DNA of 60,052 nucleotides, counting the filler. It is 7 parts of 7 records of this genome, joined end to end, with 100 filler letters (N's around TTAATTAATTAA, not from the genome) between each part and the next. Parts side by side here need not be neighbours in the genome. Positions count along the whole stretch, not along the records: positions 14,900 to 24,600 come from SRR31147125_22884; positions 24,701 to 32,072 come from SRR31147125_22976; 5 more parts are not named here. One strand, written 5' to 3'. A model generated the notes under the pieces. The model was not told the origin of the DNA. It ran no database searches and saw nothing but the letters and a program-made list of their open reading frames with translations. Positions 18,840 through 29,073 of this stretch are shown here, piece after piece (the first letter of the stretch is position 1; the number at the start of each line of letters is the position of its first letter). Made by a program: the position numbers and the translations under genes.

Positions 18840-20684
18840 ATGATAGGCGGATATTTATTTCGTGATGAGGATGAAAATGTTAACTATAAATTAATGAATG
18901 CATTGCCAAAATCATTCAATAAAAAGTCACTTGGTGATTACGGTTTACTTTTTTACGATAATCCCTATTCCGATTTTAAAACTGGTTTATATTCTTCTGA
19001 TAACTTGACAATTTTAAGCCAGGATTTGTTAGTAGCCGGCAACTCTAACGGAGAATATACGTCACTCGATCCTTCCAGATATTTGGCTGACCTGTTTATG
19101 CAAAAAAAGACTGAACTCTTTAATGACATTGTTTCAGATTACCGACTCATCGTCATTGAAAATAATCCAAATGAGACGAATCTTTATCTCGTTTCCAATC
19201 GTGCTGGTAATGGGCGGATGTATTATATCATCCTGGAAGAAGGTATCCTGTTTTCATCTGATATCCGGTTTTTGCTCAAAATTGTGCCTTTCAGAGTAAA
19301 TGATTTAGGTGTTTATTCTATGCTAAAATTTGGTGCCATTCCGGAACCCATGACCATCAGTCAGAATATAAATGCCGTTCCAGCTGCACATTATTTTGTT
19401 TATAACCTGAATAACGATTCCAGTCAATCCAAAGTGTATTTTCAATTTGATTTTCCAAATGATGATATGATGAATACATCGTACGATTTTGATGCTTCTC
19501 TTTTACCCGCAAAAAAGAACCTTTACAATTCAGCTCAGTTTCTATGTCAATATGATCCTTCTATTTTAATAAGCGGTGGCATTGATTCCAGTTTATATGC
19601 GTCCTATCTCAATGAAGCAGGGAAGAACCGGCTTCAGGGGATTCACTGTACTTTTGGGGATAATGATCCCGAATTTGCCTACGCTCTCATGTTGGCCAAA
19701 AAAATCAATGCACATTTCCATATTGGTAGAATGGAACTGGATGACGCTCTTGCAATTTTACATGACGCTATTGATTTAACAGGTCATCCGTTTTCGGATT
19801 TTTCAAGTTTGCCTATCGTTTTTATCCTCAAGTTTTTGAAAGATCAGGTGAAAAATGCTTTTATGTTAATCGAAGGAAATGGGGGTGATGATTGTTTCGG
19901 TTTTTCCGATTTAACATCACAGTCAAAAATGTTGATGAAAAGTCGGTTCCCCCGTATAGGGAAAAATATCATTTCTGCTATTGGAAAAAATTCAACAAGC
20001 TGGAAATGGGAGTCATCTACCGGCATTTTTTCGCGGTTACTTGCTCTATCCGATGTACATGAGATCAATCCCATAAATTATTTTCTTGTTTTAACACCAG
20101 TCAATTTCATTGGATTAAATGAATACCGTCATTGGGATGAAAAACTAAGCGAGATCATGGATACGGTCTTTTCAAGCTATAGTCAGGACCACAAATCTTT
20201 AAGTTTTCAGGCCAAAGTTACAATCCGTCAAATTATGCATGTAAATAGCCGACGCTGGGCAGCCAAAGCCTTTTCAGTTGGAGAAAATCTGGGGATCCGG
20301 ATTATTTATCCATTTATTTGGCGTGATATTCTTATCGAACAGGGTAAAATACCGTGGCAGGCCAAAATTAATAACGGTGTTGTCAAATGGCCGCTTAAAC
20401 GGCTTTTGGAAGAATACATGCCGTATGATTTTATTTATCGACAAAAAAGCGGTTTTGTACCGCCGTTTGTCCAGTGGTTAACATCAAAAGATTTTAACAA
20501 TTTTGCACGTGATATTTTACTCTCTTCAGAAGCAACAATGGGAAGAGTTATTAACCGGCGAATCTTTGAAGAGTTGCTTGAGGATGCACTAAAGGGAAAA
20601 AAACTACGTCATGCTGTGCTAAACTTTTTATGGGGAGCACTTTTTACAGAAATGTGGATAAAGAAATACAAAGATGTGTTGTAA
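18840..20684 (+). CDS. Asparagine synthetase B-like amide ligase
   Basis: SGGIDSS PP-loop, GNGGDD, KWPLK and RQKSGF motifs; lacks the N-terminal catalytic Cys. Confidence 0.8.
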   Translation: MIGGYLFRDEDENVNYKLMNALPKSFNKKSLGDYGLLFYDNPYSDFKTGLYSSDNLTILSQDLLVAGNSNGEYTSLDPSRYLADLFMQKKTELFNDIVSDYRLIVIENNPNETNLYLVSNRAGNGRMYYIILEEGILFSSDIRFLLKIVPFRVNDLGVYSMLKFGAIPEPMTISQNINAVPAAHYFVYNLNNDSSQSKVYFQFDFPNDDMMNTSYDFDASLLPAKKNLYNSAQFLCQYDPSILISGGIDSSLYASYLNEAGKNRLQGIHCTFGDNDPEFAYALMLAKKINAHFHIGRMELDDALAILHDAIDLTGHPFSDFSSLPIVFILKFLKDQVKNAFMLIEGNGGDDCFGFSDLTSQSKMLMKSRFPRIGKNIISAIGKNSTSWKWESSTGIFSRLLALSDVHEINPINYFLVLTPVNFIGLNEYRHWDEKLSEIMDTVFSSYSQDHKSLSFQAKVTIRQIMHVNSRRWAAKAFSVGENLGIRIIYPFIWRDILIEQGKIPWQAKINNGVVKWPLKRLLEEYMPYDFIYRQKSGFVPPFVQWLTSKDFNNFARDILLSSEATMGRVINRRIFEELLEDALKGKKLRHAVLNFLWGALFTEMWIKKYKDVL

Positions 20685-20799
20685 GAATCATGGATCTTTA
20701 ATGAAGAGCCACAAAAGTTTAATAATTTGAAGCTGTTACAAATCTTAATAGATAAAAATATGTATATTGGATGATGATTCAGGGAAGGAATTTAAATCA

Positions 20800-22254
20800 A
20801 TGGACCGCCGTGATTTTTTGAAATCTTTAACAGGTGGAATCTTTTTAACATCTTTTGGATGTAACGTTTTTTCAAAAAAAGCCATTAAAAAAAGACCGAA
20901 TATCGTTCTCTGTATGGCAGATGATCAGGGTTGGGGAGATATGGCATATAATGGTCATCCTGTTCTAAAGACACCCAATTTTGACGCCATGGCAGCCTCT
21001 TCTTTACGTTTTGACCGCTTTTATGCTGCTGCTCCGGTTTGCTCACCAACACGTGCCAGTGTTATGACTGGTCGGCATCCAAATCGTTTTGGATGCTTCA
21101 GATGGGGCTATTCTCTGAGACCACAAGAGATCACCATTGCTGAAGCACTTAAATCAGCTGGATACATTACAGGCCATTTTGGTAAATGGCACTTGGGATC
21201 CGTGCGTAAAGGTAGTCCGGTTAATCCGGGTCAAAGCGGCTTTGATGAATGGTTATCAGCACCCAATTTTTTTGACAACGATCCCGTTCTTAGTCGCGAA
21301 GGACAAGCTATTCAGACTGCTGGTGAAAGTTCCATGGTCACAGTCGATGCAGCTATTGAATTTTGTCGAAAACATGCCAATTCTGAATCTCCATTTTTTA
21401 CTGTAGTTTGGTTCGGATCTCCACATAATCCCCATCAGGCAATTAAAAAAGACGCCGACCTGTACACAGATCAGGTAAAAGAGAAACAACACTTTTATGG
21501 CGAAATAACAGGTATGGACCGTGCTTTCGGCAAACTCCGAAATGAACTGCAAAATGTGGGTATCCGGCATAACACAATCCTGTGGTACTGCAGCGATAAT
21601 GGTGGTTTACCTCAAGTTGGAACAACAGGAGGTCGCGGTGATAAAGGAGATATCTACGAGGGTGGACTTCGTGTTCCTGCTATACTGGAATGGCCGGCTC
21701 GTATCCCAAAACCGAAAAATACGAATATTCCCTGCAATACATCAGATATTTATCCGACCCTTCTGGATATCGTTGGTATCCGAATTCCGAATCAGCCACC
21801 ATTGGATGGTTTAAGCCTTGTTCCGATAATTGAAAACAATATGAAATCCAGATCAAAACCAATTGGATTTTGGAAATACCCGGCTAAAGGAATATCCACA
21901 CCAGGCAAAATTTGGATGTCGGAATTACTACAAGCCCAGCAGGGAGGTAAAGAACCTGGGCACATGTCCCGTTTACGCCTGGATGCCGCCAAAATCGATA
22001 AAATATATCCAACAGATAACTTTCCCGGACATGCAGCCTGGCTTGACTGGCCCTGGAAGCTGCATCGTATTCAGAATAGAGATGATAAAGTCACTAAGGA
22101 ATTATACAATCTTGATAAAGATCCCAATGAACAAAATAACCTGGTTAAAATAAAGTCGGATCAGGCTCAATCTATGAGTGTGCAACTCGAATCCTGGCTG
22201 CTATCGGTTGTCAATAGTCTAAATGGTGAGGATTACATGAAAAATCCAAAATGA
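20800..22254 (+). CDS. Formylglycine-dependent sulfatase (S1), Tat signal
   Basis: DRRDFLK; PNIVLCMADDQG; CSPTR; GKWHLG; SDNG; YEGGLRVP. Confidence 0.92.
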   Translation: MDRRDFLKSLTGGIFLTSFGCNVFSKKAIKKRPNIVLCMADDQGWGDMAYNGHPVLKTPNFDAMAASSLRFDRFYAAAPVCSPTRASVMTGRHPNRFGCFRWGYSLRPQEITIAEALKSAGYITGHFGKWHLGSVRKGSPVNPGQSGFDEWLSAPNFFDNDPVLSREGQAIQTAGESSMVTVDAAIEFCRKHANSESPFFTVVWFGSPHNPHQAIKKDADLYTDQVKEKQHFYGEITGMDRAFGKLRNELQNVGIRHNTILWYCSDNGGLPQVGTTGGRGDKGDIYEGGLRVPAILEWPARIPKPKNTNIPCNTSDIYPTLLDIVGIRIPNQPPLDGLSLVPIIENNMKSRSKPIGFWKYPAKGISTPGKIWMSELLQAQQGGKEPGHMSRLRLDAAKIDKIYPTDNFPGHAAWLDWPWKLHRIQNRDDKVTKELYNLDKDPNEQNNLVKIKSDQAQSMSVQLESWLLSVVNSLNGEDYMKNPK

Positions 22255-22379
22255 TAACAAGCCGAATCAGTATTTTGTCATATTATGATTTAAAACTTTT
22301 AGCAATTATGATATGTTTTTTGTTTTAGCCAAACATTTTTCTTTGTAATTATTCAGGATAAATAGAAAGGAGACATCTT

Positions 22380-23605
22380 ATGTTCAATATAAATCGTCGT
22401 CATTTTTTAAAATATGTGGGCTGTGGAACTGCCGGGGCCATGACATTCAGAGGAATTGGCGCCAATGCGAATGAACAACATCTGGATTCTCAACCATCCT
22501 CACTTAAAGTGAATCTTGAAAAGATATCCCTAAAAAAACCTATCGCGCTGCAGCCATCGGTTCCACTGGACATGGAAATTTTGGCCATGGTCTGGATCGA
22601 ATGTTCACGAATTTACCTGGCGTTGATTTTGTCGCTATTGCGGATGATAATCATGAAGGACTTGTAAAAGCCGGAAAACGAAATAATGTCAAAAATCTGT
22701 ATAAAGATTACAAGGAGATGTTGCAAAAGGAAAAAATAGATGTTGTAAGCGTGGCTATGCGACATTCCGAGTTGCACGAAGACATTGTTATCCATTGTGC
22801 TCGAGCCGGTAAACACATATTTTGTGAAAAACCAATTGCACCGGACTTGGCTGCTGCAGACAGAATGGTGGCTGCCTGCCGTCAGGCTGGTGTTAAAACA
22901 ACGGTTTCCGTTCAAAATAGAACGTCTCCTGCAGTCCGTAAAGCCCTGGAAATGGTAAATAGTGGAGATATTGGTCAAATATTATCCATGCGTGGCCGAG
23001 GTAAAGAAGATCGTCGCGGTGGTGGCGAAGATTTGATTGTTTTGGGATTCCATATCCTTGATCTGATGACTTTATTTGCCGGTAAACCTCAATGGGCTTT
23101 CGCTCATGTTATGCAAGGTGGGAGGGATATGGTTAAAGAAGATGCCCATGCCGGTAGAGAACCAAACGGACTTGTTGCGGGTGACTGGATGTCAGCCATG
23201 TATGGATTCCCAAATGGAGTTCATGGATTCTTTGAGTCGCATCGGGGATTAAAAAATCCAACAGACAGATTTAATCTTGAAATACATGGAAGTGAAGGTA
23301 TTATTGCTCTGCGAAGTTTAAAAGATGTGGTTCTGTTTCGGGGACCGGTATTAAATCCGGCAAAACCTCACCAATGGATACCTGTTACGTCACCGGAATG
23401 GGAAGCAGTGGAGGATAAAATGCACTGGTGTAATCAACTCCTTGTTCTTGATTTGTTAAAAGCTGTTGAAGAAGATCGACAGTCAATGGCAAGCCTTGAG
23501 GATTTGTCTTGGTCTTTGGAAATGATTTCCAGTGTGTACGCCGCTCATTTTGCTAAAGGTCGTGTGAATTTACCACTCACGAAACGCACCCATCCATTAA
23601 CGTAA
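22380..23605 (+). CDS. Gfo/Idh/MocA oxidoreductase, Tat signal; frameshift in the A-run near 22535
   Basis: NRRHFLK; restored KTYRAAAIGSTGHGNFGH; GKHIFCEKP. Confidence 0.85.
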
Positions 23606-23652
23606 AAAGTGACTCGTTACTATTTCCATTCTTCTTTTTCTAAAATAAGGAA

Positions 23653-24567
23653 ATGAATATGGAAAAAAATAGTGTAAATGCAAAAACGAATCATCTTAGC
23701 CGTCGAACAATGTTACAACTCACCGCGGCTATGAGCCTGAGCGGTACTTCTGGTTTCATGAAATGCACTCAAAAATCACAGGAACCTTTCAAATTGAAAA
23801 ATCATATCAGGCAGTCCTTTACTTATTGGTGCTTTGAAAAGTATTGGAATATTGAGAAAATGTGCCTGGTTGCTAAAAAACTGGGTTTAAAAAGTATTGA
23901 ACTGGTGCCAGTGGATTTATGGCCTGTCCTTAAAAATCATAATCTTTTATGTGCTCTTGCCTGGAGTCACCCTATTGAAAGAGGAATGAATAATCCTCAA
24001 TACCATGAGCGTTGTATACAGGAAATACGCACATCCATAGATACCTGTTCGGCATATGGATTCCCAAACGTGTTGACCTTTACCGGTTTTCGTGAAAAGA
24101 TTTCTGATGAAGAAGGCAAAAAACACTGCATCGATGGCTATAAAAAGATTATTGGTTATGCAGAGAAAAAAAATGTTAATCTGTGCCTGGAAATTATTAA
24201 CAGTCGTGTTGATGAGAATATGAAAGGACGTCCGGGATATCAGGGTGATCATATGGATTACTGTATGGATATCATTCAGGCAGTTGGTTCCGGCAATATG
24301 AAATTTGTCTTTGATATTTATCACGTTCAGGTGATGGATGGTGATATTATTAGCCGGATTAAGCAGAATAAAGATTATATCGGCCATTACCAGACTGCCG
24401 GTAATCCCGGTCGTAATGAATTGAATGATAATCAGGAAATAAACTATAAACCCATCATGCAAACGATCCTCAAAACCGGTTACTCTGGTTTTGTTGGCCA
24501 TGAATTTATTCCAACCAGCGATCCCCTCACAAGCCTGAAACATGCTATACATCTCTGTGATATATAA
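23653..24567 (+). CDS. Hydroxypyruvate isomerase / AP2 TIM-barrel family protein
   Basis: FDIYHVQ, HYQTAGNPGRNE, QEINY, VGHEF. Confidence 0.85.
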   Translation: MNMEKNSVNAKTNHLSRRTMLQLTAAMSLSGTSGFMKCTQKSQEPFKLKNHIRQSFTYWCFEKYWNIEKMCLVAKKLGLKSIELVPVDLWPVLKNHNLLCALAWSHPIERGMNNPQYHERCIQEIRTSIDTCSAYGFPNVLTFTGFREKISDEEGKKHCIDGYKKIIGYAEKKNVNLCLEIINSRVDENMKGRPGYQGDHMDYCMDIIQAVGSGNMKFVFDIYHVQVMDGDIISRIKQNKDYIGHYQTAGNPGRNELNDNQEINYKPIMQTILKTGYSGFVGHEFIPTSDPLTSLKHAIHLCDI

Positions 24568-24600
24568 TTTAAAATGATTGAGTCTTTTGTTCAGCTAATG

Positions 24601-24700
24601 NNNNNNNNNNNNNNNNNNNNNNNNNNNNNNNNNNNNNNNNNNNNTTAATTAATTAANNNNNNNNNNNNNNNNNNNNNNNNNNNNNNNNNNNNNNNNNNNN
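24601..24700. other. Artificial contig linker
   Basis: N-run + TTAATTAATTAA + N-run. Confidence 0.99.
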
Positions 24701-24965
24701 CATCAACTCCTGGCATTTTTGCTGCTGCAAGAATTCTGTGCACCATTTCGAATGTCGGCTCTGATGTAATAGATTCATCAATAGTAACCTCAATTCCGCT
24801 GGATTTGAAATTATCAACCACCCTTTTCAAAAGCGGAACAATTTGAGGAATTGTCAAAATAAGGATGTTCTTTAAACCGCTCGAAATAAAATCATCTTTA
24901 AATTGTTCCAGACAGCTCTGGCCAAATACAATTCTTTTTGGTTGTGATATGCTTAGTGGTTTCAC
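24701..24965 (-). CDS. Iron-containing alcohol dehydrogenase, N-terminal fragment
   Basis: PKRIVFG..EPT..GVD N-terminal pattern; truncated by the linker. Confidence 0.7.
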
Positions 24966-25010
24966 TATATTTCCAATACAAATTTATTAATAGTACAACA
25001 ATGTTTGTCT

Positions 25011-26900
25011 CTATTCCGGTATGGCGGAAAAATTACGGATATAGAAAACAGCTTCTTCAATGGGTTCATTGGCACCGGGTTCATCCCATCCAGGCACAAA
25101 ATTATCTCCGCTCTTGTATTCAGATACGTCATCAGTTAGGCGGTAGGAACCTGTACGGAATACAATTCGTTCGGGAGCATCACCCTGAACTGAATATTGC
25201 CAGGATTTGGCAACATTTTGTCCATTAACATCTATATCAAATCTTTTCTTTTTTGAATCTGTTTTAAAGGTGATGGTATACCAATTACCGAATTCAACTT
25301 TAAAAATTTTCCCAAGATCAGTCCCTCCATTCCTTGCCATCAGAGAACCGGATTTATCAATACTTGTTTGAATCAAACGGGCGCCATTGGCAGAGACAAA
25401 TTCTATTTCCAGCATTTGATGATTCAAGTCCACATAAATTTGAAATGACACCGTCTGCTTTTGTGATCTTTCAAAAACTCTGACTGCTTTGGCATAATCG
25501 TACGGATCTTTATCCTTTAGTTGTAAACACTTCTTACCCAGGCCCGGGAATTCAACAATTTCGACCGGGCACCATTTAGGAGAATAGATATTCCAGTTTA
25601 ACACCTCTCCGCCGCTTTGCATATTATCAAAATTATCCCGGACGGGTCCTCTCACCTCCCACACAACAGGAACAGGAATTTGGGAAATCCATATATCCTC
25701 TTTATTTACCGAATAGACAACCCAGAGATCATCACCGGGTGGATCGCCATTACCCTCAATAATTCCACGAACATACTGTGGACCGGGTCGTTTTTCACGT
25801 CCCCAAAACCGTTTAGGTGGGACCTCGCTGTGTACATTGACAAGATTATCAAATGAAATGCCATCATTGCTTGTAGCAATACTCAACGGGTGACGAGCAG
25901 AAGAATTTGCAGGATTATAAACAAGAGCATACCGGCTGTTTTCCAATCGCTGGGCCCACACTTTTGCACCGCCATATGTAAGCGTTTCACAATATACCGG
26001 ATCGGTCCATGTTTCGCCGTTATCTTCTGTAACCGTTACCCAACGACCTTTAAAAAAACCAACAATTTTTCCATCGTCTTTTGTATAAAAGCAAAAAGCT
26101 TTGCCGGGCTCGATACTTTTGCCTTCTTTAATCCAGGGTACACGGTAAAATTCATCATTGTCTTTTGTCAGGTAATCTTCTTCCCACCATTGCATTCGGC
26201 GGACTTTGTCATTCAGCAAATCCCTGCAAGCCTGGATAAAACCTGAATCAGGAGATTCTGTATACATGGGATAGAGCAGTTCCTCAGTCCAATTGTCATT
26301 TGGACGGATAAAATAAATGGGACTATAGTTGCCATCGTCGTATATTTCCCGAACCACACGACCAACGCCATGGCCATCATTAGCACCATAATAAGCCAGT
26401 AGCAAAAGGCGCCCGTTTGGGGTAATGTAAAATCCCATGCGCTGGTGCATATGAATAAATTTGATCGTTGCCTTTTCGCCAACCAGATGATAAATAGGAA
26501 AAACAACGGTTGGCTGATTCCAATTTTTTCCATCTACTGAAGTGGTGAGTAACGTAACACCAGGAGGGATATGTTCGCCTGTGGGATTGCTTAAATATTC
26601 GCAATAAAATTTTCCATTCCAATATGACAGCATTGGTGCATGATTATAAGTCCAGCCCAATCCATCGGACCATTCAGGATGCGTTCGGTTTGCCCGTAAT
26701 ATCTGGTAATTCTGTACACCAATAGCAGGACGCAATTGACCATCATGGTAACCGTTTTTGTAATCACTGTTCGCCTGTTTGGGTTCACCAACATATCGAA
26801 CAGGGTCGCCAGAGCCAGCAGCTTTGGAAAATGTAAAGCCACTAATCAGAAATGCATAAAGCGTAAAGATTATCAATCCATCAATTTTCGTTTTTAACAT
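25011..26900 (-). CDS. Secreted beta-propeller glycoside hydrolase, probably GH143 (Dha hydrolase)-like
   Basis: Signal peptide; Asp-box motifs (TSVDGKNW, TEDNGETW, TSNDGISF); GWTYNHAPML, GEHIPPG, MHQRMGF and GPQYVRGI recalled from the GH143 module of Bacteroides BT1020. Confidence 0.6.
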   Translation of the reverse strand: MLKTKIDGLIIFTLYAFLISGFTFSKAAGSGDPVRYVGEPKQANSDYKNGYHDGQLRPAIGVQNYQILRANRTHPEWSDGLGWTYNHAPMLSYWNGKFYCEYLSNPTGEHIPPGVTLLTTSVDGKNWNQPTVVFPIYHLVGEKATIKFIHMHQRMGFYITPNGRLLLLAYYGANDGHGVGRVVREIYDDGNYSPIYFIRPNDNWTEELLYPMYTESPDSGFIQACRDLLNDKVRRMQWWEEDYLTKDNDEFYRVPWIKEGKSIEPGKAFCFYTKDDGKIVGFFKGRWVTVTEDNGETWTDPVYCETLTYGGAKVWAQRLENSRYALVYNPANSSARHPLSIATSNDGISFDNLVNVHSEVPPKRFWGREKRPGPQYVRGIIEGNGDPPGDDLWVVYSVNKEDIWISQIPVPVVWEVRGPVRDNFDNMQSGGEVLNWNIYSPKWCPVEIVEFPGLGKKCLQLKDKDPYDYAKAVRVFERSQKQTVSFQIYVDLNHQMLEIEFVSANGARLIQTSIDKSGSLMARNGGTDLGKIFKVEFGNWYTITFKTDSKKKRFDIDVNGQNVAKSWQYSVQGDAPERIVFRTGSYRLTDDVSEYKSGDNFVPGWDEPGANEPIEEAVFYIRNFSAIPE

Positions 26901-27853
26901 GACACCTCGAATAACGATTGCACATCAAAAACTTTTTTTAATTTAATAGTAACAAGATTCATCACGCCAATACGCCTTTTTAGGAAAATAATGAGTATTG
27001 ACTTTAATTTCCTGAATCCTTCAGCGGAATAAACCTCGTATATTTTTTATTATATTGATATATTTTTTGAATATCAATATCTTTCAACATCTTTGCGGAA
27101 AAATGCTTCCCATTCTCTCCTTTCTCCGCAATCTAATCTCCCTCGATAACAAAATTATTATTTTTTATTATTATTCTCACAGGTGAATTTCAAAATAGAT
27201 GGAATTTTTCCATGTCACAGGATCGGGTATTAACAAATGGGCACGGTTGTCGACGGAAGCAGAACTGTAACAAGTGAACTTTACCGAAATGCGGATCGCA
27301 GAATTGAGCTGAATTAAGAGAGGTAGTTTTGAGTGAGAACATCTATTAGGTAGCATGTAATGGAAGAGAAAATGCCCGGTGACTAATTTGTGACCATTTA
27401 ACGTACATGACATCCAAAATAAACATACAAATCCTTACAAAAATTTATCCAACTTTAGAACCAGCGAAATTATGCATGTAGATAAAACAGGTTAACTCAT
27501 TAGAATGACTCGTCATCTCAAAATCAAATCCCTTGCGAATTGCCACACATTTATGTACATTGTTTCTATTTTTTCAGGGTTTTGAATAATTAACATTTTA
27601 GCCTGATTTCAATTACGACATCACATTTTCTCTTATAGCAAAATTGATTAATAAGTAGAACCGTAATCCACATTTCCAGGATTCAATTCCCGGCGCAGCA
27701 ACTGACAGCCAAAATGTAAAGGCCTCTTAGTGGAGACCTTTTTTAAGTGGCTGCTCTTTTTTTCATTATATTGTAGTTTTGTTGACACGACCTGCACACG
27801 CTCAACAAAAAAATTCTCCATCCTTTTGATCGTTTGTATCTCGTCATATTTTT

Positions 27854-29068
27854 TTGAATCTGGTCCCAAATGAAATCACTTTAAATAAATCACATGGTAT
27901 AACTTTGCTAAAAATCAGACACATCATCATTTCTTCCCTTTTCAGCTCGTTCTATCTGGCACTCTCGCTCTGGCTGCCCTTCTTTAATCTTTATTTAAAA
28001 GAATTACATTTTAGCGGGACTCAGATCGGTTTGATTGCCGGTTTTTACCAGGGAATGTTGTTTTTTGTTGTGCCTGTCTGGGGTATTCTTTCGGATAAAA
28101 AAGGAAATCAGACAGTATTACAATTCGCCCTTTTTTTATCTGTAATTCTTTTATGGGGATTTCAATACCTGAGTTCCTTCTGGCCAATTGTTATTTATAT
28201 TATTTGTCTGGCATTTTTCATCCATCCAAACGGAACACTTTTAGACAGCCTGGCAATCGCGCATCTGCAAAAAGATCAAAAACATTCATATGGAGCCATG
28301 AGAGTGTGGGGTTCTGCGGGCTGGGCCATTGGCACCATTCTTATGGGACGTTATCTCGTTAACAAAAGTTTGCATATTATTTTCCCGGCAGCATCCATCG
28401 TTCTGTTGTTAACATTCCTGACAACATTTCTTGTCACAAAAGATAAAACCGATATTCATCTTTATAAAAAACTCAAGCTGAATCAAATAATAACTGTTTT
28501 TGGTAAAAAACACATCTATTTATTTTTTATACTTCTTTTACTTTACGGGATAAGTGTTTCACCCACATTCATATTTATCAACCTGTATCTGCATGATATT
28601 GGGGCATCTAATCAATTAATTGGAATTGTATTTGCAATTCATGCTTTGAGTGAAATTCCATTCTTTTTTTACGGACGTCGTATCGTAACCAGGTTTGGAT
28701 CGAATAATGTCTTGCTGACAATAATATGGATATTGGTTTTACGGTTATTCGCTTATAGCATCATTTCGAATCCGATTATTGCCGCTTTTGCCGGCATTTT
28801 TCACGGACTCACTTTCTCACTTTTCTGGATAGCTGTTATTGATTTTGTGCACAAACTCATTCCACAAGAGTGGCGGGCCACTGGTCAATCCCTGATCTGG
28901 GCATTTCATGTCGGAGCCGGACTCACAATTGGCAATATGACAATCGGTCGACTCTCGGATTTTATACCTATGCAAAAAGTTATGCTGCTAGGTGCATTAT
29001 CTACAATTGTCGTTGGCTGTGCAACCTTTATCTACTTTAAAGCTTTTAAAAAGGAGATCTCTGCCTGA
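27854..29068 (+). CDS. MFS transporter (MFS_1-like)
   Basis: About 12 TM segments, WGILSDK, YGAMRVWGSAGW, SEIPFF, RATGQ. Confidence 0.88.
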   Translation: MNLVPNEITLNKSHGITLLKIRHIIISSLFSSFYLALSLWLPFFNLYLKELHFSGTQIGLIAGFYQGMLFFVVPVWGILSDKKGNQTVLQFALFLSVILLWGFQYLSSFWPIVIYIICLAFFIHPNGTLLDSLAIAHLQKDQKHSYGAMRVWGSAGWAIGTILMGRYLVNKSLHIIFPAASIVLLLTFLTTFLVTKDKTDIHLYKKLKLNQIITVFGKKHIYLFFILLLLYGISVSPTFIFINLYLHDIGASNQLIGIVFAIHALSEIPFFFYGRRIVTRFGSNNVLLTIIWILVLRLFAYSIISNPIIAAFAGIFHGLTFSLFWIAVIDFVHKLIPQEWRATGQSLIWAFHVGAGLTIGNMTIGRLSDFIPMQKVMLLGALSTIVVGCATFIYFKAFKKEISA

Positions 29069-29073
29069 TCCTT

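Noticed and set aside
18669-20684. Lasso peptide cluster around the AsnB-like gene
   Set aside because: No precursor-like ORF, RRE or B2 peptidase gene nearby.
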